A stretch of 64,000 nt of DNA from an uncultured Alphaproteobacteria bacterium (GCA_963839145.1 CAWITR010000003.1:73306-137305); one strand, 5' to 3'. Shown: positions 1 through 8,905, counted from the first letter of the stretch. Notes: generated by a model not told the origin, from the letters alone. Translations and numbers: made by a program.

Positions 1-1
1 C

Positions 2-274
2 TATTACGGCGCCGGCCTTAGCGGCCGCCCAACAGCAAGCGGCGAGCGCTTCGACCCCAGCCAAATGACTGCGGCTCACCGGACGCTCCCGTTCGGAACC
101 ATCGTTAAGGTGACGAACGCTGCCACTGGCAAAAGCGTGAAGGTGCGGATCAACGACCGCGGACCGTTTCACGCCAATCGCGCGATCGACCTGTCCACCG
201 GCGCCGCCAAGGCGTTGGGAATGCTCGGGTCGGGAACCGCCATGGTCACTCTCGACGTCATTGGCAGCGGCTAA
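2..274 (+). CDS. rlpA: RlpA-family septal lytic transglycosylase, C-terminal part (5' end outside window)
   Basis: The frame is open from the window edge. The translation YYGAGLSGRPTASGERFDPSQMTAAHRTLPFGTIVKVTNAATGKSVKVRINDRGPF matches the double-psi beta-barrel core of RlpA proteins. Confidence 0.75.
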   Translation, partial: YYGAGLSGRPTASGERFDPSQMTAAHRTLPFGTIVKVTNAATGKSVKVRINDRGPFHANRAIDLSTGAAKALGMLGSGTAMVTLDVIGSG

Positions 275-372
275 ACAGCGGGCGGTTTTTGAAATCCATT
301 CAGTGGCGCGTTGAAATCTTCGGTTGACCAGACGGTCGTCACCGCCCGACAGGACCTTGAGGGACTGGGGAG

Positions 373-1767
373 GTGAACTTGCGCCTAAGGATTGGGATCG
401 CGACTGCTGCGGCAGTACTGCTCGCCGCTCCGGCGGCGGCGCAGCAAGACCGGCCGGATTACCTGCGCGCGCTTGCCGCCGGCTACAAGGCGTCGTTCAC
501 GTGCAGCGATTTGTTCGACGGCCATATGAGCCAATCGGCGATCGAGCAGGACGACCTTCAGCGCACATATTCCGAGCTCGAACCGCTACTGCCCGACCTT
601 CGTGCAGAGGTGGACACAGCCAATCGCCGAGTCACCGTCCGCTATTCGGAAAACATGCCGCCGCGGGTCGCTCAATGGCGGGCGAACCTCGGCTGCGCTC
701 AGCTCCCGATGGGAGCGCCGGTCGCGGAAGCGAAAAGGATTCCGCGCTTCGACCGCGCTCGCCCGCCGCTGGCTCAGACGGACGCCCGTCGCTGGCCAGA
801 TGGCGACGCCGACGCGACCGCTCGGCCGACGGGCAAGCGCGGTGCGCTCGATGAGGTCGCGAAGCGGGTCTTCGACCGGCGCACTTACGGCCAGGGGACC
901 GAAAGCACAGCGTTCCTTGTCGTCCAGCGGGGGAAGATTGTCGCCGAGCGGTATCGTCCTGACTTCGACATGCACATGTCTCAGCGAACCTGGTCGGTGG
1001 CGAAGAGCATCGCCGCGACCGCCATCGGTGCGGCAGTGCAAGATGGTCTGCTGGACCCGGTAGCGCCTGCCGATGTCCCGGACTGGCAGTCAGCGGGCGA
1101 TCCCCGGCGGGAAATCACCACGGACCTGCTGCTCCGCATGAACAGCGGCCTGAACAGCCCCTTCCCCGGCAACCGCACCGACGATCTCTATTTCGGCGGC
1201 GCTTCGGTCGACGATACGCTCGCGGGCCTCACTCTCGTGGCCAAGCCGGGAAGCCAGTTCCGCTACGCGAACAACGACATCGTCGCCGCGATGCGCGGGC
1301 TAAGCCATCACCTCGGCGACGGCCAAAGAGCGCTCGCCTTTCCTTTCGATCGGCTGCTCTGGCGAATTGGGATGACCCGCACTGTCCCGGAAACCGGCTG
1401 GAAGGGACAATTCATCATCTCCAGCCAGGTGTGGACGACCGCACGCGATCTCGCGCGGCTGGGGCTGCTGTACCTCAACGGCGGTGTGTGGGACGGCGAA
1501 CGCATCCTGCCGCCCGGCTGGACCGATTACGTGCACCGCCACAGTGCCGCCCAACCCGCCCACGGGTTCGGCTACGGTGCAGGCTGGTGGACCTTCCCCG
1601 CCGATTCGGGCCTGCCGCAGGACGCGATCGTCGCCCGCGGCAACCGCGGACAGAATGTCGTCGTAATCCCGTCACTGCAGCTGGTAATCGTTCGCCGCGG
1701 ATTCGACGGTCCGCCGAACCTCGACATAGCCGCGCTGACCCGCGACGTCGTAGCGGCCCTGAGATAG
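373..1767 (+). CDS. Exported serine hydrolase, beta-lactamase/PBP4* fold
   Basis: Signal peptide ending AAPAAAQQ. S-x-x-K motif (WSVAKSI). Length and C-terminal region fit class C beta-lactamase-related hydrolases. The start may instead be the TTG at 379, which sits behind GGGAGG. Confidence 0.8.
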   Translation: MNLRLRIGIATAAAVLLAAPAAAQQDRPDYLRALAAGYKASFTCSDLFDGHMSQSAIEQDDLQRTYSELEPLLPDLRAEVDTANRRVTVRYSENMPPRVAQWRANLGCAQLPMGAPVAEAKRIPRFDRARPPLAQTDARRWPDGDADATARPTGKRGALDEVAKRVFDRRTYGQGTESTAFLVVQRGKIVAERYRPDFDMHMSQRTWSVAKSIAATAIGAAVQDGLLDPVAPADVPDWQSAGDPRREITTDLLLRMNSGLNSPFPGNRTDDLYFGGASVDDTLAGLTLVAKPGSQFRYANNDIVAAMRGLSHHLGDGQRALAFPFDRLLWRIGMTRTVPETGWKGQFIISSQVWTTARDLARLGLLYLNGGVWDGERILPPGWTDYVHRHSAAQPAHGFGYGAGWWTFPADSGLPQDAIVARGNRGQNVVVIPSLQLVIVRRGFDGPPNLDIAALTRDVVAALR

Positions 1768-1770
1768 CGC

Positions 1771-2286
1771 CTAGTAGTCCAGGAACAAAAGCAGCTTCAC
1801 GTCCACCGCGGTGCCGGCGTCACGACGACTTTGGATGAACGCCGGAACATCGTCGCGGGCGACCAGGTGAACGGTGATGTCCTCGTGCTCGTTGCCGCCG
1901 CCTTCGCCCACCTTCCGGAGCCCGTGAGCGCGAACCAGCGTGAAGCTCTCCGCCACCATCCCCGGCGAGCTATGGAACCGGCCGAGATGCTCGATTCGAT
2001 CGCACGTGAAGCCGGTCTCCTCCTCCAGCTCCTTTACAGCCGTCTCTTCGATGGTGGCATTCTTGTTCTCGTCGCCAACCAGGCCGGCGGGCAGCTCGAG
2101 GCAACGGCCGCCAACGGGAACTCGATATTGCTCGATCAGGATCACCTTGCCGTCGTGCTCGGCAAGCACGACGACTGCATTGGTGCTTCCGGAGCGCGAC
2201 ACATATTCCCACCGTCCCTGCTTTAGAGCGGTGATGTACTTGCCCGCCCACATCGTCTCGACGGGCGCATTCTTGTCTGGGGTCAT
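1771..2286 (-). CDS. NUDIX hydrolase (ADP-ribose pyrophosphatase-like)
   Basis: Nudix box GLVGDENKNATIEETAVKELEEETGF (G-x5-E-x7-REUxEExGU pattern). Confidence 0.85.
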   Translation of the reverse strand: MTPDKNAPVETMWAGKYITALKQGRWEYVSRSGSTNAVVVLAEHDGKVILIEQYRVPVGGRCLELPAGLVGDENKNATIEETAVKELEEETGFTCDRIEHLGRFHSSPGMVAESFTLVRAHGLRKVGEGGGNEHEDITVHLVARDDVPAFIQSRRDAGTAVDVKLLLFLDY

Positions 2287-2960
2287 AACTCGATAAGCTT
2301 ATCCGGGATCTCATTGGGATTACCCGCGCTCTTGGGAAAATGTTCCGCAAGGACTTCGCCGATGTCCCGAATGGCCGCGCAAATGCCGTCCGCCGGCCGC
2401 CCTTCGCTAACATCGGCCAGAAGCGATGCCATCGCCTCCCCCCACGTCTCCGGAGTCGTCACTTTCGTGATCGCTTCGTCGGCGACGATCTCGGCTCGGC
2501 GCTCGCCGATCGACAGGTAGATGAGGATTCCGGTGCGCCCGACCGTCCGCCGTTCGGCGGCCGCCTTGAAGATCGTCACCGCTCGCCTGCGTACCCGGCG
2601 ATGCTTTGTCCCGCCCGGCGTGAGCGCCAGACGAAGCGGCATCCATTTGAGAACCAGAAGCGCGGCCGTGAACTTGACCGCCGCAAGCACGAGAAGAAAG
2701 GTCAGCAACTCCCCGGTCGTGGGCTCGGGCTGCCAACCGCCGAGGAAGAAATCGTACCACCAGGCAAGCGCAGACGGCCGCCAGGCCGCCCAGGCAAGGA
2801 CCGCAAACAGCGGCACTAGCGCCCAATGCAAAGCGACATCGTGATAGGAGTCACTCAGCGGCGTCGCCACCGCGACGATCTCGCCGTCGGTGGACTTCTC
2901 GGCGGCGGCGATCGCTGCGCCGACCCGCTCGCGGTCCGCCGGCGTGAACTTCGTCACCAC
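2283..2960 (-). CDS. TPM-domain membrane protein (DUF477-like), third gene of a LemA-TPM-TPM operon
   Basis: N-terminal FTPADRERVGAAIAAAEKSTDGEIVAV is typical of the family, followed by transmembrane segments. Its start overlaps the upstream gene's stop by 7 nt. Confidence 0.75.
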   Translation of the reverse strand: MVTKFTPADRERVGAAIAAAEKSTDGEIVAVATPLSDSYHDVALHWALVPLFAVLAWAAWRPSALAWWYDFFLGGWQPEPTTGELLTFLLVLAAVKFTAALLVLKWMPLRLALTPGGTKHRRVRRRAVTIFKAAAERRTVGRTGILIYLSIGERRAEIVADEAITKVTTPETWGEAMASLLADVSEGRPADGICAAIRDIGEVLAEHFPKSAGNPNEIPDKLIEL

Positions 2961-3778
2961 GATCCCGATGCTCCGCCCCCGCCGAAGGAGCCGCCACCGC
3001 CGGAAAACCCGCCGAAGCCGCCGCCTCCACCGCCGAAGTCGCCGCCTCCGCCCCAGCCGCCAAAGCCACCGCGCCCGCGCGATCCGCGCGCCGCTTCGCC
3101 GAGGCCCCAGAGAACGATCCAGGGGCTGATACCGCGGCGGCGCGAGCGATGGCGCCTTCCACGGGCCCGGCTTCCGAACCCGCCGACCATCATTCCGACG
3201 ATGATGATCCAGAAGAGCACGGGAAGCACTCCCGTGCCGCTGTGCTGCTGCTTCTGCTGTGCCTGCTCCGCGGCCGCGATGTTCTTCTGCGCCTGGTCGG
3301 GCGGAAGGCTCATCTGCTTGATAATCTGGTCTGCACCGGCCTCGATCCCGGCACCGTAATTGCCCTTTCGGAACTCCGGCAGGATCGAATTTCGGATGAT
3401 GATGCTGCTCATCGCGTCGGTGAGATAGGCAGTTGCGCCGTAGCCGACCTCGATGCGGACCTTGTGCTCCTTGGGGGCGACGAGCAGGATCACGCCGTTG
3501 TTTTCGCCCTTCTGGCCGATTCCCCAGGCGCGCCCGAGCCGGTAGCCGTAATCCTCGATCGGATAGCCCTGAAGGCTCGGCACGGTCGTGACGACGAACT
3601 GCCGCCCCGTCTGCGCCTCCAGCGCCTGCGACTTGCTGGTCAGGTCGGCGATTTCGGCGGGCGTTAGGATATGCGCGTCATCGACAACGCGGCCGGTCAG
3701 CTGGGGAAATGTCTGGGCCGATGCGGGAACCGCGAGCGCAACGAGCGCCAGCCACAGGATCGCGAGGCGGCGTATCAC
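2954..3778 (-). CDS. TPM-domain protein (YgcG-like) with Gly-rich C-terminal tail
   Basis: Signal peptide; TPM-like core (VVDDAHILTPAEIADL...GVILLVAPKEHKVRIEVGYG); transmembrane segment; GGGxFGG tail. Confidence 0.8.
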   Translation of the reverse strand: MIRRLAILWLALVALAVPASAQTFPQLTGRVVDDAHILTPAEIADLTSKSQALEAQTGRQFVVTTVPSLQGYPIEDYGYRLGRAWGIGQKGENNGVILLVAPKEHKVRIEVGYGATAYLTDAMSSIIIRNSILPEFRKGNYGAGIEAGADQIIKQMSLPPDQAQKNIAAAEQAQQKQQHSGTGVLPVLFWIIIVGMMVGGFGSRARGRRHRSRRRGISPWIVLWGLGEAARGSRGRGGFGGWGGGGDFGGGGGGFGGFSGGGGSFGGGGASGSW

Positions 3779-3779
3779 C

Positions 3780-4394
3780 TCAGCCGGCTGTGTTGAAGCT
3801 GACCGTCGGCGCCTGCTGCGCGGCAGCTGTCGCCTGGAACGGCACCTTCGGCTTCGCGCCGTAGAAGATCTTGGCCCCGATCGCGTCCGGGAAGGTGCGG
3901 ATCGTGGTGTTATACTGGCGAACCGCCTCGTTATAATCCCGCCGGGCGATCTCGATCCTGTTCTCCGTTCCCTCGAGTTGGCTCTGCAGAGTCAGGAAGT
4001 TCTCGTTGGACTTGAGGTTCGGATAGGCCTCGACCGTTGCGAGGAGCCGCCCAAGAGAGCCGCTGAGCTGGCCCTGCGCCGCCTGGAAGGCCTGCACCTT
4101 CGCAGGGTCGGAGAGATCATTGGCGTTGAGCTGGATGCTTGTTGCCTTCGCACGCGCCTGGGTAACTTGGGTGAGGACCGACTTTTCCTGCGACGCGTAG
4201 CCCTGCACCGTCGCCACCAGGTTGGGGACGAGATCGGCCCGGCGCTGATAGTCTGCCTGAAGATCGCCCCACGCCGCGTTCACCTTCTCCTCCGCGGTCG
4301 GAACGGCGTTGATTCCGCAGCTGGCCAGCGAGACGGCCGCAACCGGGGCGAGAAGAGCGAGGCGAAAGCGAGTCATTTCATTTCCCCCAAACAA
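3780..4394 (-). CDS. lemA: LemA family protein
   Basis: Lipobox (LASC) and LemA-like repeats (DLVPNLV...YPNLKSNENF...IEIARRDYN). Confidence 0.85.
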   Translation of the reverse strand: MFGGNEMTRFRLALLAPVAAVSLASCGINAVPTAEEKVNAAWGDLQADYQRRADLVPNLVATVQGYASQEKSVLTQVTQARAKATSIQLNANDLSDPAKVQAFQAAQGQLSGSLGRLLATVEAYPNLKSNENFLTLQSQLEGTENRIEIARRDYNEAVRQYNTTIRTFPDAIGAKIFYGAKPKVPFQATAAAQQAPTVSFNTAG

Positions 4395-4460
4395 CGAACT
4401 TGGCGATAGGTAGAGGGCATCCTATTCGCATTCAACGCTGCTGCCGTTCGATTTTGAGAG

Positions 4461-4889
4461 GTGCTCATGCTTCAGGAGTTCAAGGCATTCATCGCCAGGG
4501 GGAACGTCCTCGATTTGGCCGTCGCAGTCATCATCGGCGCCGCCTTTGCCAAGATTACCACCAGTTTGACCGAAGACATCATCATGCCGGTGGTCGGCGC
4601 GATTTTCGGAGGCCTCGACTTCTCGAGCCACTTCATACTGCTCGGCCGCGTGCCGGCGGGCTATAAAGGCAGCTTGACCAACTATGCTGCGCTTAAGGAG
4701 GGCGGAGCACTGGTCTTCGGATGGGGCGAGTTCCTGACCGTGACGATCAATTTCCTGATCCTCGCCTTCATCATCTTTCTGCTGGTCCGAACCGCGAAGC
4801 GCTTCGAGCATCAGGAAAAGGCGAAGCCATCCGGGCCGAGCGAGGTAGAGCTTCTAACCGAGATAAGGGACGAGCTGAGGAAGCGCTGA
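4461..4889 (+). CDS. mscL: Large-conductance mechanosensitive channel
   Basis: [27 protein letters not shown]...IIMPVVG is the conserved MscL TM1 region. Length is about 140 aa. Confidence 0.9.
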   Translation: MLMLQEFKAFIARGNVLDLAVAVIIGAAFAKITTSLTEDIIMPVVGAIFGGLDFSSHFILLGRVPAGYKGSLTNYAALKEGGALVFGWGEFLTVTINFLILAFIIFLLVRTAKRFEHQEKAKPSGPSEVELLTEIRDELRKR

Positions 4890-4890
4890 C

Positions 4891-6927
4891 CTACTTCGGC
4901 ATTCCCGTGTACCCCGCCTCCGTGCGAAGCACGTTGCCGTCCATAAGGTAACCGTCGCTCATCACCTGGTCGACGTGGCGGAGGTCGCCGATGTTCTTTT
5001 CGGGATCGCCGTCGACAAGCAAGAGATCGGCTTCCTTGCCGACATCGATCGAGCCGGTGCGGTCAGCCGCCTTGACGTTGCGAGCCGGAATGAGGGTGGC
5101 AGTCGCCAGCGCCTCGGCGGGAGTTAGCCCTCCCTTCACATACAGCTCCAGCTCGCGGACCAGCTCCTGGCCGTAACCGTCGGTTCCGGCGACGATCGGA
5201 ACGCCTGCGTGGAACAGCTTGGCGACATATTCGCCCATGTGATCAACGCTGGCCTGTGCGTCGGCGCGAGTCATTCCCGGCAGGTACGGGATCGGCCCCG
5301 CCTTGAAGCCGCGCTCGACCGCCGCCGGCACCGTTCCGACATAAGGCGCATAGGCGGGCGACGAAGTGCCCGCATTGGCGAGGAGTACGCCCTCGACCAC
5401 CACCAGCGTTGGGTCGAGCGTGATCTGCTTCTTTGCCATGGTCTCGATCACCGTCTTCATCGGCTCGGCGTCGAGGTCGACGTCCTTGAAATACTTGCCC
5501 GGCCCGAGCATCCGCATCGTCGTATTTGCCTTGTCGACGACCTCCTGCGGCATCGCCTGCATGGTCGCGAAATAGATGTGCGTGATCTCGTCATAGCCGT
5601 CGTTGATCGCGTCGAGCGTGCGCATCCCCGCCGGGATGTGGCCGTGGACGTGAAGCCCCAGCTGGTGCGCGAGCTTTGCACCCGGAGCGATCCACGCCGG
5701 ATCCATCGACGTGTAGAATTTCACCGCTGTCAGGTGGTTGGCCGCGATTTTGCGAACTGCGGCAAGCGTTTCGTCGAGGTTCGACACTGCCAAGCTGCCC
5801 TGGGCGACAAGCGGCCCTTTTTTGTCGATAATCACTGAATCCCAGCATTCGGGAGCCAGCAGGGTGCCGGCATCGCGGCGCTCGCGTTGCGATACTTCCA
5901 GCTCGATCGGACCGCCCGGGTTGCGGCAGTTTGTGACCCCGATCGCCAGTTCGCTGACGGTCTGAAAATCGTCACCCACGTGCATGTGGCTGTCCCAGAG
6001 CCCGGGCACGAGAGTTTTTCCGGCGCCGTCGATGACGCGCGTCCCGGTCGGCAGGTTGGCGGGCGCCGACGAGCCGACGCTTGCGATCTTCCCGTTCCGC
6101 GTAAGGACGTACTGTCCGTCGAGGAACCGCTGCTTGTCTGCGTCGTATAGCTTGACGTTGCTGAACAAGACCGGGCGCTTAGCGTCCGCAGTCAGGAACT
6201 TCTTGGCCGTGGCCGGCGCCATCGCCGCGATGGCAGCGTCCTGTGCCGCCTGCATCTTGTCGAGATTGCCCTCATAGCCCGCGGGTAGCAGCCCCAGGCC
6301 GACCAGCGCCCCGAAGAACTTGCCGCTCTCGACCCAGACCGGCTGCGGCGTCTGCGCCACGCCCTTCACCATGATCAGGTCGACGGTCTTCTTGCCCTGC
6401 GGGCCATCGACGTCGAGTGATGCCACCTTGTTGAAGGTCGCTCGGCCCGACGGGAGCAGCGCAAGGCCGCCATTGCCAGCCGCCAGCAGGCGGTTGATTT
6501 CCGGCGCGCCGCTGAGGAACGGGCCTCCATTGGCGAGGTAGTAGGCCGGACTCGAATAAGCGACGCTTCCCTTGTCGACCGGGCTGGCCCAGCTGGCTCG
6601 CCCGTTGGAGATGCCGAACGTTTCGGCCGCGTCGCCCTGCGGAGTGACTCCGCGAATGACGACGTCCGACGGCATTCCGTCGGAGCCGAGCTTCATCGTC
6701 TCGTCGGTCTCGAAGGTCAGTCCGCGAAGCAGGATCGACTCACGGAAGGCCATCCGCCCGTCTGGCATGGTCCATACATATTCGTCGCCATGCTTCCCAG
6801 CGGTCGAGACCACGACATAGTGCGTCGCGTCGCTGGGCGGCACGAGCAGCTTCTCCTTTGGCGTCGGATCGGCGGCAGCGACTGAAGCGCAGGTGGCGAG
6901 AAGTGCGGCGAGAATTATGCGACGCAT
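4891..6927 (-). CDS. Exported amidohydrolase-family protein
   Basis: Start chosen at MRRIILAALLATCASVAAA (signal peptide, GGGGGAG Shine-Dalgarno) rather than the ORF-track start at 7083. Metal-binding motif LWDSHMHV, and a C-terminal VAGTDG...DLLLVDGDP typical of amidohydrolases. Confidence 0.8.
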   Translation of the reverse strand: MRRIILAALLATCASVAAADPTPKEKLLVPPSDATHYVVVSTAGKHGDEYVWTMPDGRMAFRESILLRGLTFETDETMKLGSDGMPSDVVIRGVTPQGDAAETFGISNGRASWASPVDKGSVAYSSPAYYLANGGPFLSGAPEINRLLAAGNGGLALLPSGRATFNKVASLDVDGPQGKKTVDLIMVKGVAQTPQPVWVESGKFFGALVGLGLLPAGYEGNLDKMQAAQDAAIAAMAPATAKKFLTADAKRPVLFSNVKLYDADKQRFLDGQYVLTRNGKIASVGSSAPANLPTGTRVIDGAGKTLVPGLWDSHMHVGDDFQTVSELAIGVTNCRNPGGPIELEVSQRERRDAGTLLAPECWDSVIIDKKGPLVAQGSLAVSNLDETLAAVRKIAANHLTAVKFYTSMDPAWIAPGAKLAHQLGLHVHGHIPAGMRTLDAINDGYDEITHIYFATMQAMPQEVVDKANTTMRMLGPGKYFKDVDLDAEPMKTVIETMAKKQITLDPTLVVVEGVLLANAGTSSPAYAPYVGTVPAAVERGFKAGPIPYLPGMTRADAQASVDHMGEYVAKLFHAGVPIVAGTDGYGQELVRELELYVKGGLTPAEALATATLIPARNVKAADRTGSIDVGKEADLLLVDGDPEKNIGDLRHVDQVMSDGYLMDGNVLRTEAGYTGMPK

Positions 6928-7021
6928 GAAAAAGGGCTCCCCCGGTTGAAGCGCAGCAGCCTGCGCCGGGCGCTGTCTGTTGGCAATCGCGATTTCGACC
7001 AAGGGTGGAAGGTCCGGGAGG

Positions 7022-7073
7022 TTCTGTTGCCCGGCCCTCCCGGGAGCCGCTGGAATCCCCTTCTGTTGCCCGG
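7022..7073 (-). repeat. Two copies of a 13-nt direct repeat (minus strand CCGGGCAACAGAA) inside the tmRNA 3' domain
   Basis: TTCTGTTGCCCGG occurs at 7022-7034 and again at 7061-7073. Each copy sits in the loop of a GC stem (CCCC/GGGG and CCGGGAGG/CCTCCCGG). Confidence 0.6.
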
Positions 7074-7124
7074 TGGGGTCCAACCGCGCTTTAGCTTTGT
7101 AACTTCAGACCGTTAGGCCGTCAG

Positions 7125-7160
7125 TTACGCAGCAATAGCGAGCGCCTCGTTATCGTTGGC
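7125..7160 (-). other. tmRNA tag reading frame (ANDNEALAIAA, stop TAA)
   Basis: Direct translation of the minus strand. The ANDNxxxAxAA-type SsrA degradation tag ends in the hydrophobic AA. Confidence 0.8.
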
Positions 7161-7363
7161 ACTTGTGTGAATGAGCCGTCACGGTGGTCTCATACCGATC
7201 GGCAACCGCGTCTTTATTGCACTCGTCGATCCTGTTTCGCCCCCATCAGCAGCCCGCCTCTCGAGGGGCTGGTGGTGGAGGCGCCGGGGTACTGCCCCCC
7301 GGGTCCGAAATGCCTATTCCACGCGACAATCTACCGACATAGCCGGGTTGCCCCAGCCCGCCC

Positions 7364-7392
7364 TAGATAGGGATTACGGCCCGAATCAGCAA
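7364..7392 (-). promoter_or_regulatory. Candidate sigma70-type promoter of ssrA
   Basis: Minus strand reads TTGCTG-17 nt-TATCTA, about 7 nt upstream of the first G-rich transcript residues. Confidence 0.4.
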
Positions 7393-7465
7393 GGATTCCG
7401 CTCTCTTGGCAGGCGCTGCAAAGTCCTGTTATTTGGCCCGAACCTATTGGAGTGGGGTTTTGAAA

Positions 7466-7726
7466 ATGAAAAACGGCAAACTCGCAGCCATTGCTTTCGG
7501 CCTGCTGGCGCTGACGGCTTGTGGAAGCAAGAACCAGGACCAGCTCAACTCAGCCGACATGAATGCGACCGACAACCTCGATATGCTCGCCAACGACGCC
7601 GCCAATGCGGCCGCGCCCACGGAGCAGAATGTGCTCGAAAACCAGCAGCAGCAGCTGAATAATCAGGCTGTGGCCAATACAGCCGGTCCGCAAACGCCCG
7701 CCGACGAGAATATCCAGGGCATGTAA
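7466..7726 (+). CDS. Small lipoprotein, function unknown
   Basis: Start MKNGKLAAIAFGLLALTAC behind GGAGTGGGG. Lipobox LTAC. The mature part is rich in Q, N and A. Confidence 0.6.
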   Translation: MKNGKLAAIAFGLLALTACGSKNQDQLNSADMNATDNLDMLANDAANAAAPTEQNVLENQQQQLNNQAVANTAGPQTPADENIQGM

Positions 7727-7736
7727 GCGCGGGCGC

Positions 7737-8477
7737 TTGACGCAAAGCCCAGCAATACCGGCAGCAACTGTCGTTACCGTCCGGGAGAGGCCCGACCACG
7801 CGCCCGAACTGTTGATGGTCGAGCGAGCCGAGGGCATGGCTTTTGCCGGCGGAGCACTGGTGTTCCCCGGCGGTCGGATCGACCCTGCCGACCGCGAAAT
7901 GGCGGCGAACGAGGGCGAGGCTGCCGCAATCGCCGCGATCCGCGAATGCGTCGAGGAAACGGCAGTCCCGATCGGCCTTTCGCCGGTCCCCACGCCCGAT
8001 GCCGCGCTCCAGATGCAGAGCGAGCTTCTGGCGGAAGAAAATCTCGCGCCCGTCCTCAAACGACACCGTTCGCAGCTCGAAATCGCCGCGCTTGTGCCAT
8101 TCGCCCGCTGGGTGCCGAAGTTCCACGCGACGCGGCGGTTCGATACGCTCTTCTTCCTCGCCCGCTCACCCGGGCCGGACTGGTCGCCGAACGTCGTCGA
8201 GCGTGAGTGCGCCGCAGCCCTGTGGATCAGCGCCGCCGAAGCGCTGGACCGCGACCGGCGCGGCGAATTGCGGTTAATCTTCCCGACGCGGCGGAATCTC
8301 GAACGCCTGGCAAAGCACGACAGCTTCGAGTTGATGAAGGATGATGCCGATGCCCATCCGATCGAACCGATCAGTCCGTGGGTTGAGGAAATCGACGGCG
8401 AAAGTTTCATCACGATTCCGGAGGGAATTGGCTATCCCGTCACTCGCGAGAGGCTCGACGGCCTCTGGCGGGGCTGA
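7737..8477 (+). CDS. NUDIX-family hydrolase
   Basis: FPGGRIDPADRE...AAIRECVEETAV resembles a Nudix box. TTG start as in the ORF track. Confidence 0.7.
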   Translation: MTQSPAIPAATVVTVRERPDHAPELLMVERAEGMAFAGGALVFPGGRIDPADREMAANEGEAAAIAAIRECVEETAVPIGLSPVPTPDAALQMQSELLAEENLAPVLKRHRSQLEIAALVPFARWVPKFHATRRFDTLFFLARSPGPDWSPNVVERECAAALWISAAEALDRDRRGELRLIFPTRRNLERLAKHDSFELMKDDADAHPIEPISPWVEEIDGESFITIPEGIGYPVTRERLDGLWRG

Positions 8478-8511
8478 AGAAACCCGCGAGTCGCTGCATC
8501 GCACAAGGAGA

Positions 8512-8539
8512 AAGGGCCCGCGGTCGCCCGCGAGCCCTT
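8512..8539. terminator. GC-rich hairpin between convergent genes (possible bidirectional terminator)
   Basis: AAGGGC-c-CGCGG-tcgc-CCGCG-a-GCCCTT. There is no clear U-tract. Confidence 0.45.
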
Positions 8540-8562
8540 CCCTGCTCCAGTGGGTCTGAAGC

Positions 8563-8832
8563 TTATTTCAGATGGTTCGAAAGATGCTTGTTCATCTCGA
8601 ACATGCTGACCCGATCCTTGCCCCCAAAAATCGGCTTCAACGTCGAATCCGCCATGATTTCCCGTTTGTTTTGCGGGTTTTGCAGGTTGTTCTTGCGAAT
8701 GTGGTCCCACACTTTCGAAACCACCTGACTGCGCGGAAGGGGCTCGCTCCCGGTAATCTTGGCGAGATCCGCCGATGGTTGACATGGACGAGCCAACCCG
8801 CCCCCTGCTTTACGACCTGTGCCTTCTGCCAT
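8563..8832 (-). CDS. SWIB/MDM2 domain protein (about 89 aa)
   Basis: Start MAEGTGRK behind AGGAGG. The C-terminal LPRSQVVSKVWDHIRKNNLQNPQNKREIMADSTLKPIFGGKDRVSMFEMNKHLSNHL is the SWIB fold signature. Confidence 0.8.
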   Translation of the reverse strand: MAEGTGRKAGGGLARPCQPSADLAKITGSEPLPRSQVVSKVWDHIRKNNLQNPQNKREIMADSTLKPIFGGKDRVSMFEMNKHLSNHLK

Positions 8833-8905
8833 TTGGCCCTCCTGTTGTTCTATTGTTGATAGAGCGCAAAGCGCCCCTCTTTGCAATGCCGATTCCGCTC
8901 CCGAG

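Larger units (their letters stand above)
7010..7357 (-). ncRNA. ssrA: tmRNA (ssrA), circularly permuted two-piece alphaproteobacterial type; ends approximate
   Basis: The minus strand contains the tag frame GCCAACGATAACGAGGCGCTCGCTATTGCTGCGTAA, encoding ANDNEALAIAA* (7160->7125). The coding piece starts GGGGGCGAAACAGGATCGACG at 7244. The acceptor piece lies upstream and ends GGAC-CCGGGG-GGCAGTA-CCCCGG-CGCCTCC-ACCA at 7273. GGGGGCG pairs with CGCCUCC and gives a G3:U70 pair. Confidence 0.8.

Noticed and set aside
2826-3359. Striking poly-proline ORF (PPPPKEPPPPENPPKPPPPPPKSPPPPQPPKPP).
   Set aside because: It is the reverse complement of the Gly-rich (GGN) tail of the TPM-domain gene 2954..3778 and so is a mirror artefact.
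4891-7083. The long N-terminal extensions offered by the ORF track for the amidohydrolase. The same applies to 8563..9009, 8906..9802, 28353..29060, 40068..40520, 40427..44008, 59686..60801 and 12063..12734.
   Set aside because: Internal starts with Shine-Dalgarno sites, signal peptides or conserved N-termini fit better. The extensions overlap neighbouring genes or the tmRNA.
7167-7662. ORFs 7167..7370 and 7171..7662 in the 6927-7466 gap.
   Set aside because: The region is explained by the tmRNA gene on the opposite strand and by the lipoprotein start at 7466. The translations have no coding character.
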